DNA from: Lachnospiraceae bacterium
Lineage (GTDB): Bacteria; Bacillota; Clostridia; Lachnospirales; Lachnospiraceae
Length of the DNA stretch: 64,000 bases
NCBI GenBank assembly: GCA_014804675.1
Contig: JAAUZH010000032.1
Span: forward strand, 20,487 to 84,486
Reading direction: 5' to 3'
In this document: positions 1 through 10,000 of the stretch, piece by piece
Numbering within the stretch: position 1 is the stretch's first letter
Layout: every line of letters begins with the position of its first letter
Position numbers and translations under genes: made by a program
The notes under the pieces: generated by a model
What the model was told of the DNA's origin: nothing
The model's input: the letters and a program-made list of their open reading frames with translations, nothing else
The model's database searches: none

Positions 1-613
1 CCTTGACCCTCTGGGCGCCCCAGTCCGCAGAAATTTCTCTGGGATGCCTTCCCCACAGCTTTTCCGTATACCCTTCAAAAAACATGGAATACAGCTTTTT
101 CCCAAAACGGTTTCTATAAAAATTCTCCAAAGAACTTTCCGGCAGCTTTACAATCAAAGAATACAAATAGCTGAATCCCGCCTGAAGCGTAGTGAGAACC
201 CCCATGCTTTTTATGGTGGAAAAGCTCATGCTGATGGGATAATCAAAAAATTTCCTTTTATAGTAAATCCGGGACACCCGGTTTCTGGATAACAGCACCC
301 GGTCTTCCTGTTCCGGATCCGGACCGTTTTTGCTAAGACGTACAGGGCGCTTCAGTTTTTTGTCGTCATAGGATGGACTGCCCTGTTTGGGCATAATCTG
401 TTCCCACCAGTCCATGACCCTGTCGTCCTTGGAAAAGAATCTGTGTCCCCCAAGGTCCATACGGTTCCCATGATGCCTTACTGTACGGGAAATTCCGCCA
501 AGCTCAGAGGTCTCTTCTAAAATGACTACTTCATATTCTTTTGATTGTTTCAAAAGTTCATATCCGGCGGTAATCCCTGCCGGTCCTGCACCGATAATTA
601 TGATTTTCTTCAT
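1..613 (-). CDS. FAD/NAD(P)-binding oxidoreductase (amine-oxidase / UDP-galactopyranose-mutase-like), N-terminal 204 codons; 3' end outside window
   Basis: Absent from the ORF track because there is no stop in the window. Hand translation from ATG (revcomp of cat 611-613) gives [70 protein letters not shown]... This is a GxGxxG Rossmann start plus the LGG...GGHRFF pattern. The frame stays open to base 1. Confidence 0.75.
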   Translation of the reverse strand, partial: MKKIIIIGAGPAGITAGYELLKQSKEYEVVILEETSELGGISRTVRHHGNRMDLGGHRFFSKDDRVMDWWEQIMPKQGSPSYDDKKLKRPVRLSKNGPDPEQEDRVLLSRNRVSRIYYKRKFFDYPISMSFSTIKSMGVLTTLQAGFSYLYSLIVKLPESSLENFYRNRFGKKLYSMFFEGYTEKLWGRHPREISADWGAQRVK

Positions 614-639
614 AGCAAATTCCTTTCCTTATAGCCATT

Positions 640-2331
640 TTATTTTAACATAAATTCCCATGCAGGACAAGAAAATTGAAAATCCTCCAACACCGCATCC
701 GCAATATTCATGCAATGAATCGAGATTCTCTCCATGCTATAAAGGATTTCCGTAAAACTAAAGGTAAACTCCGGACTACAGTTTCCTTTTTTCAGCCGTT
801 TTACATGATTCTTCAGTTGTCTGCGAACCAGTCTGGTCACTTCTTCTTTCTGCCCCATGACCTGCTTCGCCAATTCCTTATCCCCCTTTTGAAGGGAACA
901 TACCACATTGGTAACCATGGCTCGAATTTGCTCAAATCCCTCCTTGATTTCCTTCATGGCTTCCTTGGAAAACTGATATCCCTTTTCCACTTTGACCTGG
1001 GCTGCCTCTGCCATTTCCATAGAGCGAAGCCCCATTCTTTCCACGTCACTGATTACACTCATAAGCCCTGCTGCCTGAACGGACTGCTCTTCCGTCAACA
1101 CGCCATTGGAAAACAGGTGTGACATATAGTCCACCATTTCCTTCTGAATCTCCTTTATGCTCTCTCCTGCCTTTCTTGCATTTCCCAGGGCGCTGATGTC
1201 ATGATTCACGATAGCTTTTTCCAGATAATCCAGAATTTGCTTTACGTCCTCGGAAACATTTATGATTTCCCTTCCTATCAGCTGCATAGCCGCAATGGGC
1301 TGATTCAGCATATTCATATCCAGAAACTGTCTTATATTCGCATTTTCCTTTTCATCCTCCCCCGGCACGAAAAACATGACGATCCGGACCATAAGCCATA
1401 TAAAGGGAAGCCAGAGCAATGTATTGCATACATTAAAAATCGTATGGGCATTGGCAATCTGCCTGCTGATTACCTCCACTTCACTGCCTCCCGGCGATAA
1501 AAACCGCACTATCTTTGCAAACCATGGAACAATCCAGATAAACAGAAAAGAACCGGAAATATTAAACACACTATGGGCGGCTGCAGTTCTCCTGGCATTT
1601 TTGGATTGTCCGATACATGCAAAAAGTGCGGTAATCGTAGTTCCTATATTGTCCCCCAATAAAATCGGAATGGCATTTTCCAGTCCCAATATGCTGCTTA
1701 TGCCATCGGCTGCAGGCTGCATGGCAAAATTCTGCAGCACCGCTATGGTGGCGCTGCTACTTTGTACTATTATTGTCATTACAGTTCCCATAAGGATTCC
1801 CAATACAGGTATATGGGAAACCCGCTCCATCAATTGGATAAAAACAGCGCTTCCTGCCAGCGGCTTCATCACATTGCCCATGGTAGTGATTCCTACAAAC
1901 AGGATTCCAAATCCAAAAAGAGACTGCCCCACATTTTTCATCTGCTCTCCCTTTGAAAAAAAATAAAATAAAAATCCAATCAATACAATCAGCCATATAT
2001 ATTCATCGATTTTAAATGCTATGATCTGTGCCGTTAAGGTAGTGCCGATATTGGCTCCCAAAATAACGGAAATTGCCTGGGGCAGTGACATAAGTCCTGC
2101 ACTTGCAAAGCCAAGGGTCATAACCGTCGTTGCGCTGCTGCTTTGCAGCACTGCGGTAATCAAGGCTCCTGCCAGGACGCCTACTATAGGATTTTTGGTC
2201 AATATTCCAAGAATATACCGCATCTTTTCCCCGGCAGCCTTTTGCAGTCCTTCACTCATAAGATTCATTCCATAAATAAATACAGCCAGTCCGCCCAGCA
2301 TAGTAGTTATAATTCTTAATGTATCATTCAC
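640..2331 (-). CDS. Na+/phosphate cotransporter family protein with C-terminal PhoU-like domain
   Basis: 563-aa polytopic protein with duplicated GANIGTT / GDNIGTT motifs and a soluble helical C-terminal half. GTG start at 2331, preceded by GAGAGGAAAG. Confidence 0.85.
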   Translation of the reverse strand: MNDTLRIITTMLGGLAVFIYGMNLMSEGLQKAAGEKMRYILGILTKNPIVGVLAGALITAVLQSSSATTVMTLGFASAGLMSLPQAISVILGANIGTTLTAQIIAFKIDEYIWLIVLIGFLFYFFSKGEQMKNVGQSLFGFGILFVGITTMGNVMKPLAGSAVFIQLMERVSHIPVLGILMGTVMTIIVQSSSATIAVLQNFAMQPAADGISSILGLENAIPILLGDNIGTTITALFACIGQSKNARRTAAAHSVFNISGSFLFIWIVPWFAKIVRFLSPGGSEVEVISRQIANAHTIFNVCNTLLWLPFIWLMVRIVMFFVPGEDEKENANIRQFLDMNMLNQPIAAMQLIGREIINVSEDVKQILDYLEKAIVNHDISALGNARKAGESIKEIQKEMVDYMSHLFSNGVLTEEQSVQAAGLMSVISDVERMGLRSMEMAEAAQVKVEKGYQFSKEAMKEIKEGFEQIRAMVTNVVCSLQKGDKELAKQVMGQKEEVTRLVRRQLKNHVKRLKKGNCSPEFTFSFTEILYSMERISIHCMNIADAVLEDFQFSCPAWEFMLK

Positions 2332-2451
2332 GCTGCTTTCCTCTCGTTTCTGCTTTTATAGAAAACCTTGCGCCTATTATACCCATATGGGAATTTTTTA
2401 TAATTTCCTCTTCCCAGCTGCCCTGCAGATTGCAGGCTATATGATAGCAAT

Positions 2452-2493
2452 AAAAAAGAGCCATATACAGAATTCCTTTTCTGTATATGGCTC
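2452..2493 (-). terminator. rho-independent terminator downstream of 2510..2854
   Basis: Perfect 13-bp stem gagccatatacag (2458-2470) / ctgtatatggctc (2481-2493). The A-run 2452-2457 on the plus strand gives a U-run on the minus transcript. Confidence 0.8.
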
Positions 2494-2509
2494 AAATTCT
2501 ATCTCCATG

Positions 2510-2854
2510 CTAAAAAAAAGTTCTATCCACCCTCCTGCATAACAATTCCACTTCGCTACGGGCATCCGGCATTTCTTCTATCAGCGCTTCCGCCTTATCC
2601 TTCTGCATGGAATTGATGCAAATAATACAAGTCTGCTTTTCGCCATCTCCAAACAACCTTCTGAACAGTGAAACATCCTCCCACCTCTCATAATAAGATA
2701 TCCGGTTGCTTAAAAAAGCCCTCTCTATTTTCTGCTTTATCTCCATGTTGGATACTTTACAGAATTCAATCTCGTTATGCACTTTTACGTTAGCAAATGT
2801 TAATGCTGCCATTTCTGTCACCCTCCTGCTGGCAATGTCAAATACTCCAGCCAT
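2510..2854 (-). CDS. hypothetical small cytoplasmic protein (114 aa)
   Basis: ATG start, own terminator, sense orientation with its neighbours. No motif I recognise. Confidence 0.5.
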   Translation of the reverse strand: MAGVFDIASRRVTEMAALTFANVKVHNEIEFCKVSNMEIKQKIERAFLSNRISYYERWEDVSLFRRLFGDGEKQTCIICINSMQKDKAEALIEEMPDARSEVELLCRRVDRTFF

Positions 2855-2952
2855 TTCTGCTATGCCGTCCTTTTCTCCAACTCACTATATATTCTCATTA
2901 TATCAAACTTTTCGTCTTTTTCAAGCCATCTTTCAATTATATTTGTATCAAG

Positions 2953-2980
2953 TAAAACGGTAGGCCAAGCGGCCTACCGT
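2953..2980 (-). terminator. rho-independent terminator overlapping the stop codon of 2974..5454
   Basis: Stem acggtaggcc (2957-2966) / ggcctaccgt (2971-2980), loop aagc. The A-run 2953-2956 gives a U-run on the minus strand. Confidence 0.65.
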
Positions 2981-5454
2981 ACTGTTACTTTCTTATTTCC
3001 TTTTGTCTTAAAGAATTTCTTATAAGCAGCCACTTTCTTCTTTGGCGCCTTGATTACCAGTTTGCTGTTAGTTCCTTTAAAAGCATTTTTACCAACCGTT
3101 TTCGTTGTCAGCTTCGATGACTTAATGGTAACCGTCTTCAGGTTTTTATCCCCTGAAAAAGCAGTAGCCCCGATTGATTTCAGAACGGTTGAATTGATGG
3201 TGACTGTCTTTAACTTCGTACAATTCTTAAAGGCATTCTTGCCAATCGTAGTAACGTTCTTACCAATGGTTATTTTCGTAATCTTCTTATTGTTTGCAAA
3301 TGCGCTTGCTGCTATGCTGGTTACTTTATAGGTCACATTATTGATTTTAATCGTAGCCGGTATGGAAATCGTAGTTGCTTTACTGTTGGTAGACTTTACA
3401 TAAGCTACAGTCGGATTCGTTAAGGAGGACGAGGTTACCTTAACCGTGCACTTCTGGGAAGCTGCTGTCAGAACGGTATTCTTGGCTGCCGGCTTCGCTG
3501 CAACGGCTCCTGCACTGCCTGTTCCAGAAGTACCTGTACCGGAAGTGCCTGTTCCGGAAGTGCCTGTTCCAGAAGTACCTGTTCCAGAAGTACCTGCTCC
3601 CTCACTGCCTGTTCCCTCGCTGCCTGTTCCAGAACTTTCCAGCTTGGGAATGCTTTCTGTACGAATTACATAACCACATACAGAACATTTATAAGTCATA
3701 GTACCATTGCTGATTGTGGTAGGCTTGGCAGTAATCGTTCCCTCGTCTTCCGTATGGGCACCATATCCGTCTTTTCCGTTGTCTGCCTGAACAGTACAGT
3801 TTGGATTCGTACATTCATGCCAATGCCCCTGACTGTCATGGGTCCATGCAGTGCTCCAGTCATGTGCATGGGGAAGGGTAATTACATATTTAAAAGTCTT
3901 TACCATACTATTTCCAGCGTCTGAAACGGCAATTGCCATAATGGTATGGGTAACCGTTCCCCCCGGCTGACCTGTTATAGGTATTGGATTTCCATCATAC
4001 TCAACGGTACCTGCTCCTCCCGGGTTCGGAACCTCTCCGTTTGTCGTGTAGTAAATGGTTGCATCCTCCGTTGTGCTCAGTGTTACCTCCTGGTTACTTG
4101 TGTATGATCCTGGTTGAACATCTGCTTTTGGAGAAACTATATTTTCTGCCATTTTCGCATAAGTTAAATTGTCTTTTGTAGTTTCAATCCATATTTTAGC
4201 ATTGTCTTTGTCTATTGGGTTTTCATCATAGTACATTCCATAGTTTAGTTCCTCGTAGGTCAACTCGGTGTCTTTTGTAATTTTTGTGGAATAGATGTAG
4301 TCACAATAATTCTTCTCTTTTTCCCAAGCTTCTTGACTATATCCCACTGCACACAAATACAAATCTGATGCATCACTCCCTTTGGTCACCTTTACCCCAT
4401 CTTCCGTATATTCAATTGTACTGCCTATCTTATTATAAATACTGTCATCCAGTCTAAAGTTCATTACTGCATCTGAAGGATAGTAAGTACTAGTATAATT
4501 CTCCCTTGGTGCAGAAGATGCAAAAAGCACAGATGACAAATCCAAAGCAAATGCAGGTACAACGTTAAATCTATAATATGAAGAAGAAGAACAAGCATCG
4601 GTATAACCAACAGTTCCTGAACTTCGCTTATAATTCACATCTCCATTACCACCATTTGTAAATGGCGTACGCAACCAAAAGGCATTCTCATAGAAAGGCC
4701 TCATGGCTACGGCTGATGTTGATCCAGAGGAGGAGGTTGGTAGTGGAATATACAACCCCCTATCTGGAAACCTTTCCGCATTCGCCCCCACTACCAAATA
4801 TTCCTGTCTCGAATATCCATTAGAAGCAAGTTTACTGTAGTAGTGCGGCAAATAGAGTTTATCGGTTGTAGAATACCACACCGAATTACATCTATCATAT
4901 GTGTAAATCGTTGTATCTTCCATTAATTTCTGCTCAGCAGACGTAAAAACGAAAGTATCCTCTTCTAATTCCTTTAATTCCGCTCTTACTTTACTAATAC
5001 CATAATGGTTCTGACCCACCTCTGTCGGTACATTGCCTTTATAAGTACAAGTTTCGATACCCAAACCTTGGCTGTTACTAACTGGAACCCTAAGGTCAGG
5101 ATATTTATATGAAAATGTCGTTGCCTGTATAGCAACCGGATTCGCCGGATCACATATCAGGACAAGATTGCCAGCTAACTTATCGTATCCTGCAATATAC
5201 CAGGTCTGAGGTGTTTCCCCGGTGTTGCCTCCCATGCCAAATTCTACCTTTTTCATCCATCCGGTATTATCCAAAGAATAGTTACCCGCCATTAAATACT
5301 CTGGTGGTGCAAAAGAATATACAGATGGTCCATCATCATACATTCCTGCCTTCACTTCCAGTGGTTTTCCTATGACTGGACTCAGTCCTGCCACCATTAC
5401 AAGAGACAACACCACTGACATTGTCTTCTTCCATATTGACTTTTTCTTTTGCAT
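2974..5454 (-). CDS. secreted multidomain surface protein: N-terminal unknown domain, chitobiase/hexosaminidase-C-like (FN3-associated) module, Cys-rich module, (TSGTG)n linker, C-terminal BspA-type leucine-rich repeats
   Basis: Signal peptide MQKKKSIWKKTMSVVLSLVMVAGLSPVIG. ATIYYTTNGEVPNP motif. Low-complexity SGTGTSGTGTSGTGT stretch. LRR_5-like repeats (ISIPATIKINNVTYKVTSIAASAFANNKKITKITIGKNVTTIGKNAFKNCTKLKTVTI...). No LPXTG motif. Confidence 0.8.
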   Translation of the reverse strand: MQKKKSIWKKTMSVVLSLVMVAGLSPVIGKPLEVKAGMYDDGPSVYSFAPPEYLMAGNYSLDNTGWMKKVEFGMGGNTGETPQTWYIAGYDKLAGNLVLICDPANPVAIQATTFSYKYPDLRVPVSNSQGLGIETCTYKGNVPTEVGQNHYGISKVRAELKELEEDTFVFTSAEQKLMEDTTIYTYDRCNSVWYSTTDKLYLPHYYSKLASNGYSRQEYLVVGANAERFPDRGLYIPLPTSSSGSTSAVAMRPFYENAFWLRTPFTNGGNGDVNYKRSSGTVGYTDACSSSSYYRFNVVPAFALDLSSVLFASSAPRENYTSTYYPSDAVMNFRLDDSIYNKIGSTIEYTEDGVKVTKGSDASDLYLCAVGYSQEAWEKEKNYCDYIYSTKITKDTELTYEELNYGMYYDENPIDKDNAKIWIETTKDNLTYAKMAENIVSPKADVQPGSYTSNQEVTLSTTEDATIYYTTNGEVPNPGGAGTVEYDGNPIPITGQPGGTVTHTIMAIAVSDAGNSMVKTFKYVITLPHAHDWSTAWTHDSQGHWHECTNPNCTVQADNGKDGYGAHTEDEGTITAKPTTISNGTMTYKCSVCGYVIRTESIPKLESSGTGSEGTGSEGAGTSGTGTSGTGTSGTGTSGTGTSGTGSAGAVAAKPAAKNTVLTAASQKCTVKVTSSSLTNPTVAYVKSTNSKATTISIPATIKINNVTYKVTSIAASAFANNKKITKITIGKNVTTIGKNAFKNCTKLKTVTINSTVLKSIGATAFSGDKNLKTVTIKSSKLTTKTVGKNAFKGTNSKLVIKAPKKKVAAYKKFFKTKGNKKVTVR
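3511..3630. repeat. eight tandem 15-bp units (consensus agaagtgcctgttcc on plus strand) encoding the (T/E)(S)GTG linker
   Basis: Units read directly at 3511, 3526, 3541, 3556, 3571, 3586, 3601 and 3616. Two adjacent units (3541-3555 and 3556-3570) are identical. Confidence 0.9.
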
Positions 5455-5842
5455 TTCGTTTGTCTCCTTTCTCTACTGTATTAATATACATATTCTCTCT
5501 AAGCTTTCATGTATATCCTTGAGTTCCATCCTATCGCACTGATATTCTGCGCTTTTATCACCTCCAAAAACTATTTAAGACATTTTTGTCTTCCTAATAT
5601 CAGCCCAACATTATGGATTTTATTTTTATTAGTATAACATAAATTCCTCTGTTTGTCACCGACTTTACTTCCGTTCCAACATTTTCCAGTCCTAACTTCT
5701 AATTTATCACAATGCCTGTTTGAATAATAAAACACTTTATTATAAAAATTCCATATTCGTTCAAGAGTTTTCCCCAACGCATTTCCCAAATGAAAGATTT
5801 GTGATAGAATATAAAAAAATCAACTTACAAGGAGGGCATCCT

Positions 5843-6892
5843 ATGTCCGGCAAAATAAAAGGAATTTTCATTACTATCATAATCCTGGTTCTCTTAATCG
5901 GTGGCTCCATGCTTTCCAGTTATTTAAAGAGAATACCGGAAAATCCAGAAGGCACCGTAGGCAACAGTGCAGGAAATTTAAACAACAAAGGCCTGTTCTG
6001 TGAAACAGAGGATAAAATCTATTTTGCAAATGCCTATGACAATGACAGGTTATATTCTATGAATAAGGATGAAACAGATATCAAGAAGCTTGCCAGTGTT
6101 TCAGCAGAATATCTCTGCGTTGGCGGCAATTATCTCTATTATCATCAAAGCTCCAGCAAAGGCGGTTCCGGTCTGGGTTATGTCAGGAACACTTCCGGCC
6201 TGTACCGGATGGATTTAAAAAGAAAGGCGGTAAAAGCCCTTGCCAGAGAAGGAAGCGGCATGATGCAGCTTGTGAATAACGAAGTGTATTACCAGTATTA
6301 CAAAAAGTCCCAGGAGGATTCCCTATATGCCTATTCTCTGGATGGGACATCCAATATTTCCGTAATCTCCGGCATCATCAATCCTTCCTGCGTGTGGAAC
6401 AATCAAATTTACTATACGGATACTGCGGATGGGCGGGGGCTTTATGTATTTGATCCGGTTACAAAAACTTCCAGCCTGCATACCGCTGGAAACATCTGGT
6501 TTCCGCAAATTCAGGATTCCTATGTTTACTATATGGATGCTTCAAATGACTACTGCCTATGCCGTTTTCTTTTGTCCGATGCAGAATCTACTGTGGAAAT
6601 ACTCACCACGGACCGGGTGGACACCTTTCTTGTATACGGCAACTTGATTTATTATCAAAAAAATGACCGGGAATCCCCTGCCTTAATGCGCATGGGACTG
6701 GACGGAAGCAATAATGAAGTGGTTGCAGAAGGCAATTACGAAAATCTAAATGGCGCCGCCAATTATATATACTTTAATCAGTTCGGAGAAGCAACACCCG
6801 TTTATCATACCCCTGCTTCCGGTCCCGTCCAGGTAAGCGAATTTGAGGGAGCAAAAACAGCAGCTTTAGAAAACCTCAAGGACGGAAACTGA
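5843..6892 (+). CDS. membrane-anchored DUF5050-like beta-propeller repeat protein
   Basis: AAGGAGGG then ATG at 5843 (MSGKIKGIFITIIILVLLIGG = N-terminal TM). Repeated Y-Y/F-x-N...LY-x-M/L-x-x-DG blades. The 5720 start in the ORF track has no RBS. A TGATAGAAT extended -10-like sequence lies at 5802-5810. Confidence 0.7.
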   Translation: MSGKIKGIFITIIILVLLIGGSMLSSYLKRIPENPEGTVGNSAGNLNNKGLFCETEDKIYFANAYDNDRLYSMNKDETDIKKLASVSAEYLCVGGNYLYYHQSSSKGGSGLGYVRNTSGLYRMDLKRKAVKALAREGSGMMQLVNNEVYYQYYKKSQEDSLYAYSLDGTSNISVISGIINPSCVWNNQIYYTDTADGRGLYVFDPVTKTSSLHTAGNIWFPQIQDSYVYYMDASNDYCLCRFLLSDAESTVEILTTDRVDTFLVYGNLIYYQKNDRESPALMRMGLDGSNNEVVAEGNYENLNGAANYIYFNQFGEATPVYHTPASGPVQVSEFEGAKTAALENLKDGN

Positions 6893-6962
6893 TCTTTGGG
6901 AAAAACAATCTATTTTTTACATTTCATTTTATGAAAAAGCACGATTGTATAGTTAAAGAGCT

Positions 6963-7001
6963 AAAATCCCGACAGAACAATAGTACTGCCGGGATTTTTT
7001 A
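6963..7001. terminator. bidirectional terminator between convergent genes
   Basis: Stem atcccgacag (6966-6975) / ctgccgggat (6986-6995). The single A:C mismatch becomes a G:U pair on the minus strand. Flanked by an A-run and a T-run. Confidence 0.75.
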
Positions 7002-7034
7002 TTTCTTTTTACATATGCATTCTTCAGGCCATGA

Positions 7035-10000
7035 TTATTTTATTTTAATCTTTACCTTAGCCTTCTTATTGCTGCCGTCTGTAGACACTGCAGTAATGGT
7101 AACAGTCTTTCCTTTTCCTGCTTTCTTTGTCTTTACCACACCTTTGCTGCTGACTGTAGCATACTTAGTGTTGGAGCTGGTCCACTTCAACGTCTTATTG
7201 ACACTGGTACCGGTAGTCTTAATAGTAGCTTTTATTTTTACTGACTTTCCGGCCTTTACAGAGCTGGAGGCTGCTTTCAGCTTCACACTCTTCACTGCAT
7301 GTTTCATAATCTTAATCTTGTAAGTAGCCTTCTTTTTGCTGCCGTCCTTTGCAGTTGCCGTAATTGTAACTGTCTTTCCAATTCCTGCCTTTTTCAGGGA
7401 TACCTTGCCCTTTGCATCTACTGTAGCATATTTCTTATTGCTGGTGCTCCAGGTAACTGCCTTATTGGAGGCGTTTTTCGGTGTCACATTTACTACCAGT
7501 GTTACTTTCTTGCCTGCTGCCAGCTTTTTGGATGGTCCGCTTATGGAAAGCTTCGTCACTTTTACAACGGACGGTTGTTCCGGCTGTGGACCAGGCGTCG
7601 GATTAGTTGGAGTCGGGGTTGGCGTCGGTGTGGGATTTACTGGTGCAGGGTCCGTGTTTCCGGATGCCTTCACAGTTATATTGAATTCTACCTTCTTGCC
7701 GCTGTTATCATCCAATGCAGCGGTAATCTTTGCATTTCCCGCTCCCATTCCTTTTACTGTGCCTGTTTTGGATACCACTGCTACTTTTTCATCTGATGAA
7801 GTCCAAAGAACCTTTGCGGTAGTATTTGCCGGTGTAACCGTAACGTTTAATTTTGCAGTATCGCCCTTGTTGATTGTAACGGTAGTGTTGGCTGCGGTAA
7901 TATTCTCTGCTGCAACCTGTTTTGCTAAAATAACAGTTCCTCCGTCCTGTGCTTTTGGAAGGGTTACCGTCACCTTGCCCTGTGCATCCACTGTATAGTC
8001 CACATTGTTGTATAAATCTCTGTAGACCGTTCCTGCTTCGCCATCTACTGCAAAAGCTACCTGCTGGGTCTGGTCCTTAATATTCAGTCCCATGTAAATT
8101 GTCTCGCCGCCATAGCTTCTGCTTGTAATATCATATCCATTTTCATCGGAAACCTCCACCGTGATGCGGCTTCCCTTTGCAAACAGAGCTGTATATTTGT
8201 TACGAATGGAAAGCAATGTCTTATAATGATTCAATATGCTGTCTGCTTCAAATTCCTGTTTTGCAGCTTCCGTCCAATCAAAATCCTGACGATTTTCCTG
8301 GAAAGGATAATTGTTGGCACCGGCAAGTCCGATTTCCTCATTGTAATAGATAACCGGTATGCCTTTTGCTGTCAATTGCAAGGAAATAGCTACCTTGTAC
8401 AGCTTGAGAGCCTCCTCTTCGCTTAAGCCGGCACCAGTCTCATCATCATCTGAGCACAGACGATAAAGAAATCCATCTTCATCATGGCTTCCAAGGAAAG
8501 CGCCCATGGTTGCTGTATTATTGATCTTTTTGTTTCTGTCTACTAAAGTTTCTTCTACATTTTCAATACTGCCTGTTACAAAATTCTGTGCAAAGTCATT
8601 GAAATCAAAGTCTAACAGGGCATCCATAGAACCTGTTCCCAGCTCTCCTCCTGTGCTTGCATAGCCTGCACCGGAATATTCACCAATCATCTTAAACTCC
8701 GGATTTGCTTTGGTCAGTTCATTTTTAAAGGCTGCCCATGTGGTAGATTCTACATGCTTTACAGTATCCACGCGATAATAATCGATGTCGTATTTTTCCA
8801 TCCAGTCTACCTGCCACTGTACAAGCTGATTTCTTACCATCGGATTCTCTGTTACAAAGTCCGGAAGGCCTGACAAACCGTCTCTTACCGTATCTCCGTC
8901 CACTGTATTGGAATCGTCACGCAGCATGTTGACAGGATTTCCTTCTTCATCCTTTATAATACTATTGAAATAGTCTTCTGTATCATAGCCTGCATGATTG
9001 ATTACCACGTCTACCATCAGCTTCATTCCTCTGGCATGCGCTTCCTCTATCAGCTTTTTAAACTGCTCCTCTGTTCCAAGGTGCTTATTTAATTTGGTAA
9101 AATCACTGGTCCAGTATCCATGGTATCCATATGCGGAAAGCCCCTCTGTACTGCTTAAATCCTGTGTGATATTTTCCACGATTGGCGTAATCCAGATAGT
9201 ATTCACGCCTAAATCCTTTAAATAATCCAGTTTCTCAGTAAGACCTGCAAAGTCACCGCCATGATAGCTGGAACCGCCGCCATCTTCTTCCTTTGAAGTG
9301 CTTGTATTATAATCTCCTACTCCATAGGCATCGTTATTGGAAGCATCCCCGTCATAAAAACGGTCTGTTACCGCAAAGTAGACAATTGCTTCGTCCCAGT
9401 CAAAATCGCCCTCTGCCTTGGTGCGTTCCACTACCCGAACCGTTTTGTTTGTTGTAAACTTATTTCCATATATATCATATAAAACAATCGGTATGGTATA
9501 ATCACCCGGATCAATGCTGTCAGTAACGGAAATGGTTCCTTCCATCAGCTCCGGATTGATTGAAAATACATCAGAACCGCCAAGTTGGCTTAAATCACAC
9601 TGAATACTTTTTATTTCAAAATTTTCTTCACTTACACTGCTGTCCACATCAGGCACTACTTTTAAAACATTGTTTTGGTTGTAGTCCATGGAATCCAATG
9701 TGAAAGTTGTGCTGAGACTTACTTTGTCTTTGTAATTGTAATAGGTTACGGAATTGTATTGTCCATCCTCATCTGTTCCGGTAACCTCATTAAATTTATC
9801 CAGCACTCTTTCTCCGTCCACCAGATAATAATACTGATAATCCGCACTTGAACCGCTTTCCACATCCGAAATGTCAAGGTCATAACAGAAACGTTCTTCC
9901 TGGCTGTTATAATCCATAGCATATTCCGCAAACGTTCCATCGTCTTTTTTGATCATGACACTTACCTTGTCCTCCAGGGAAGCCATGTCATAATTCAAGT

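Noticed and set aside
44-292. 82-aa plus-strand ORF at the left edge.
   Set aside because: It is antisense to the clearly coding flavin oxidoreductase gene (1..613, minus) and has no RBS.
5720-5842. N-terminal extension of the DUF5050-like ORF (MNNKTLYYKNSIFVQEF...).
   Set aside because: There is no RBS at 5720. A strong AAGGAGGG precedes ATG 5843, which begins with a typical membrane anchor. A -10-like element lies inside the extension.
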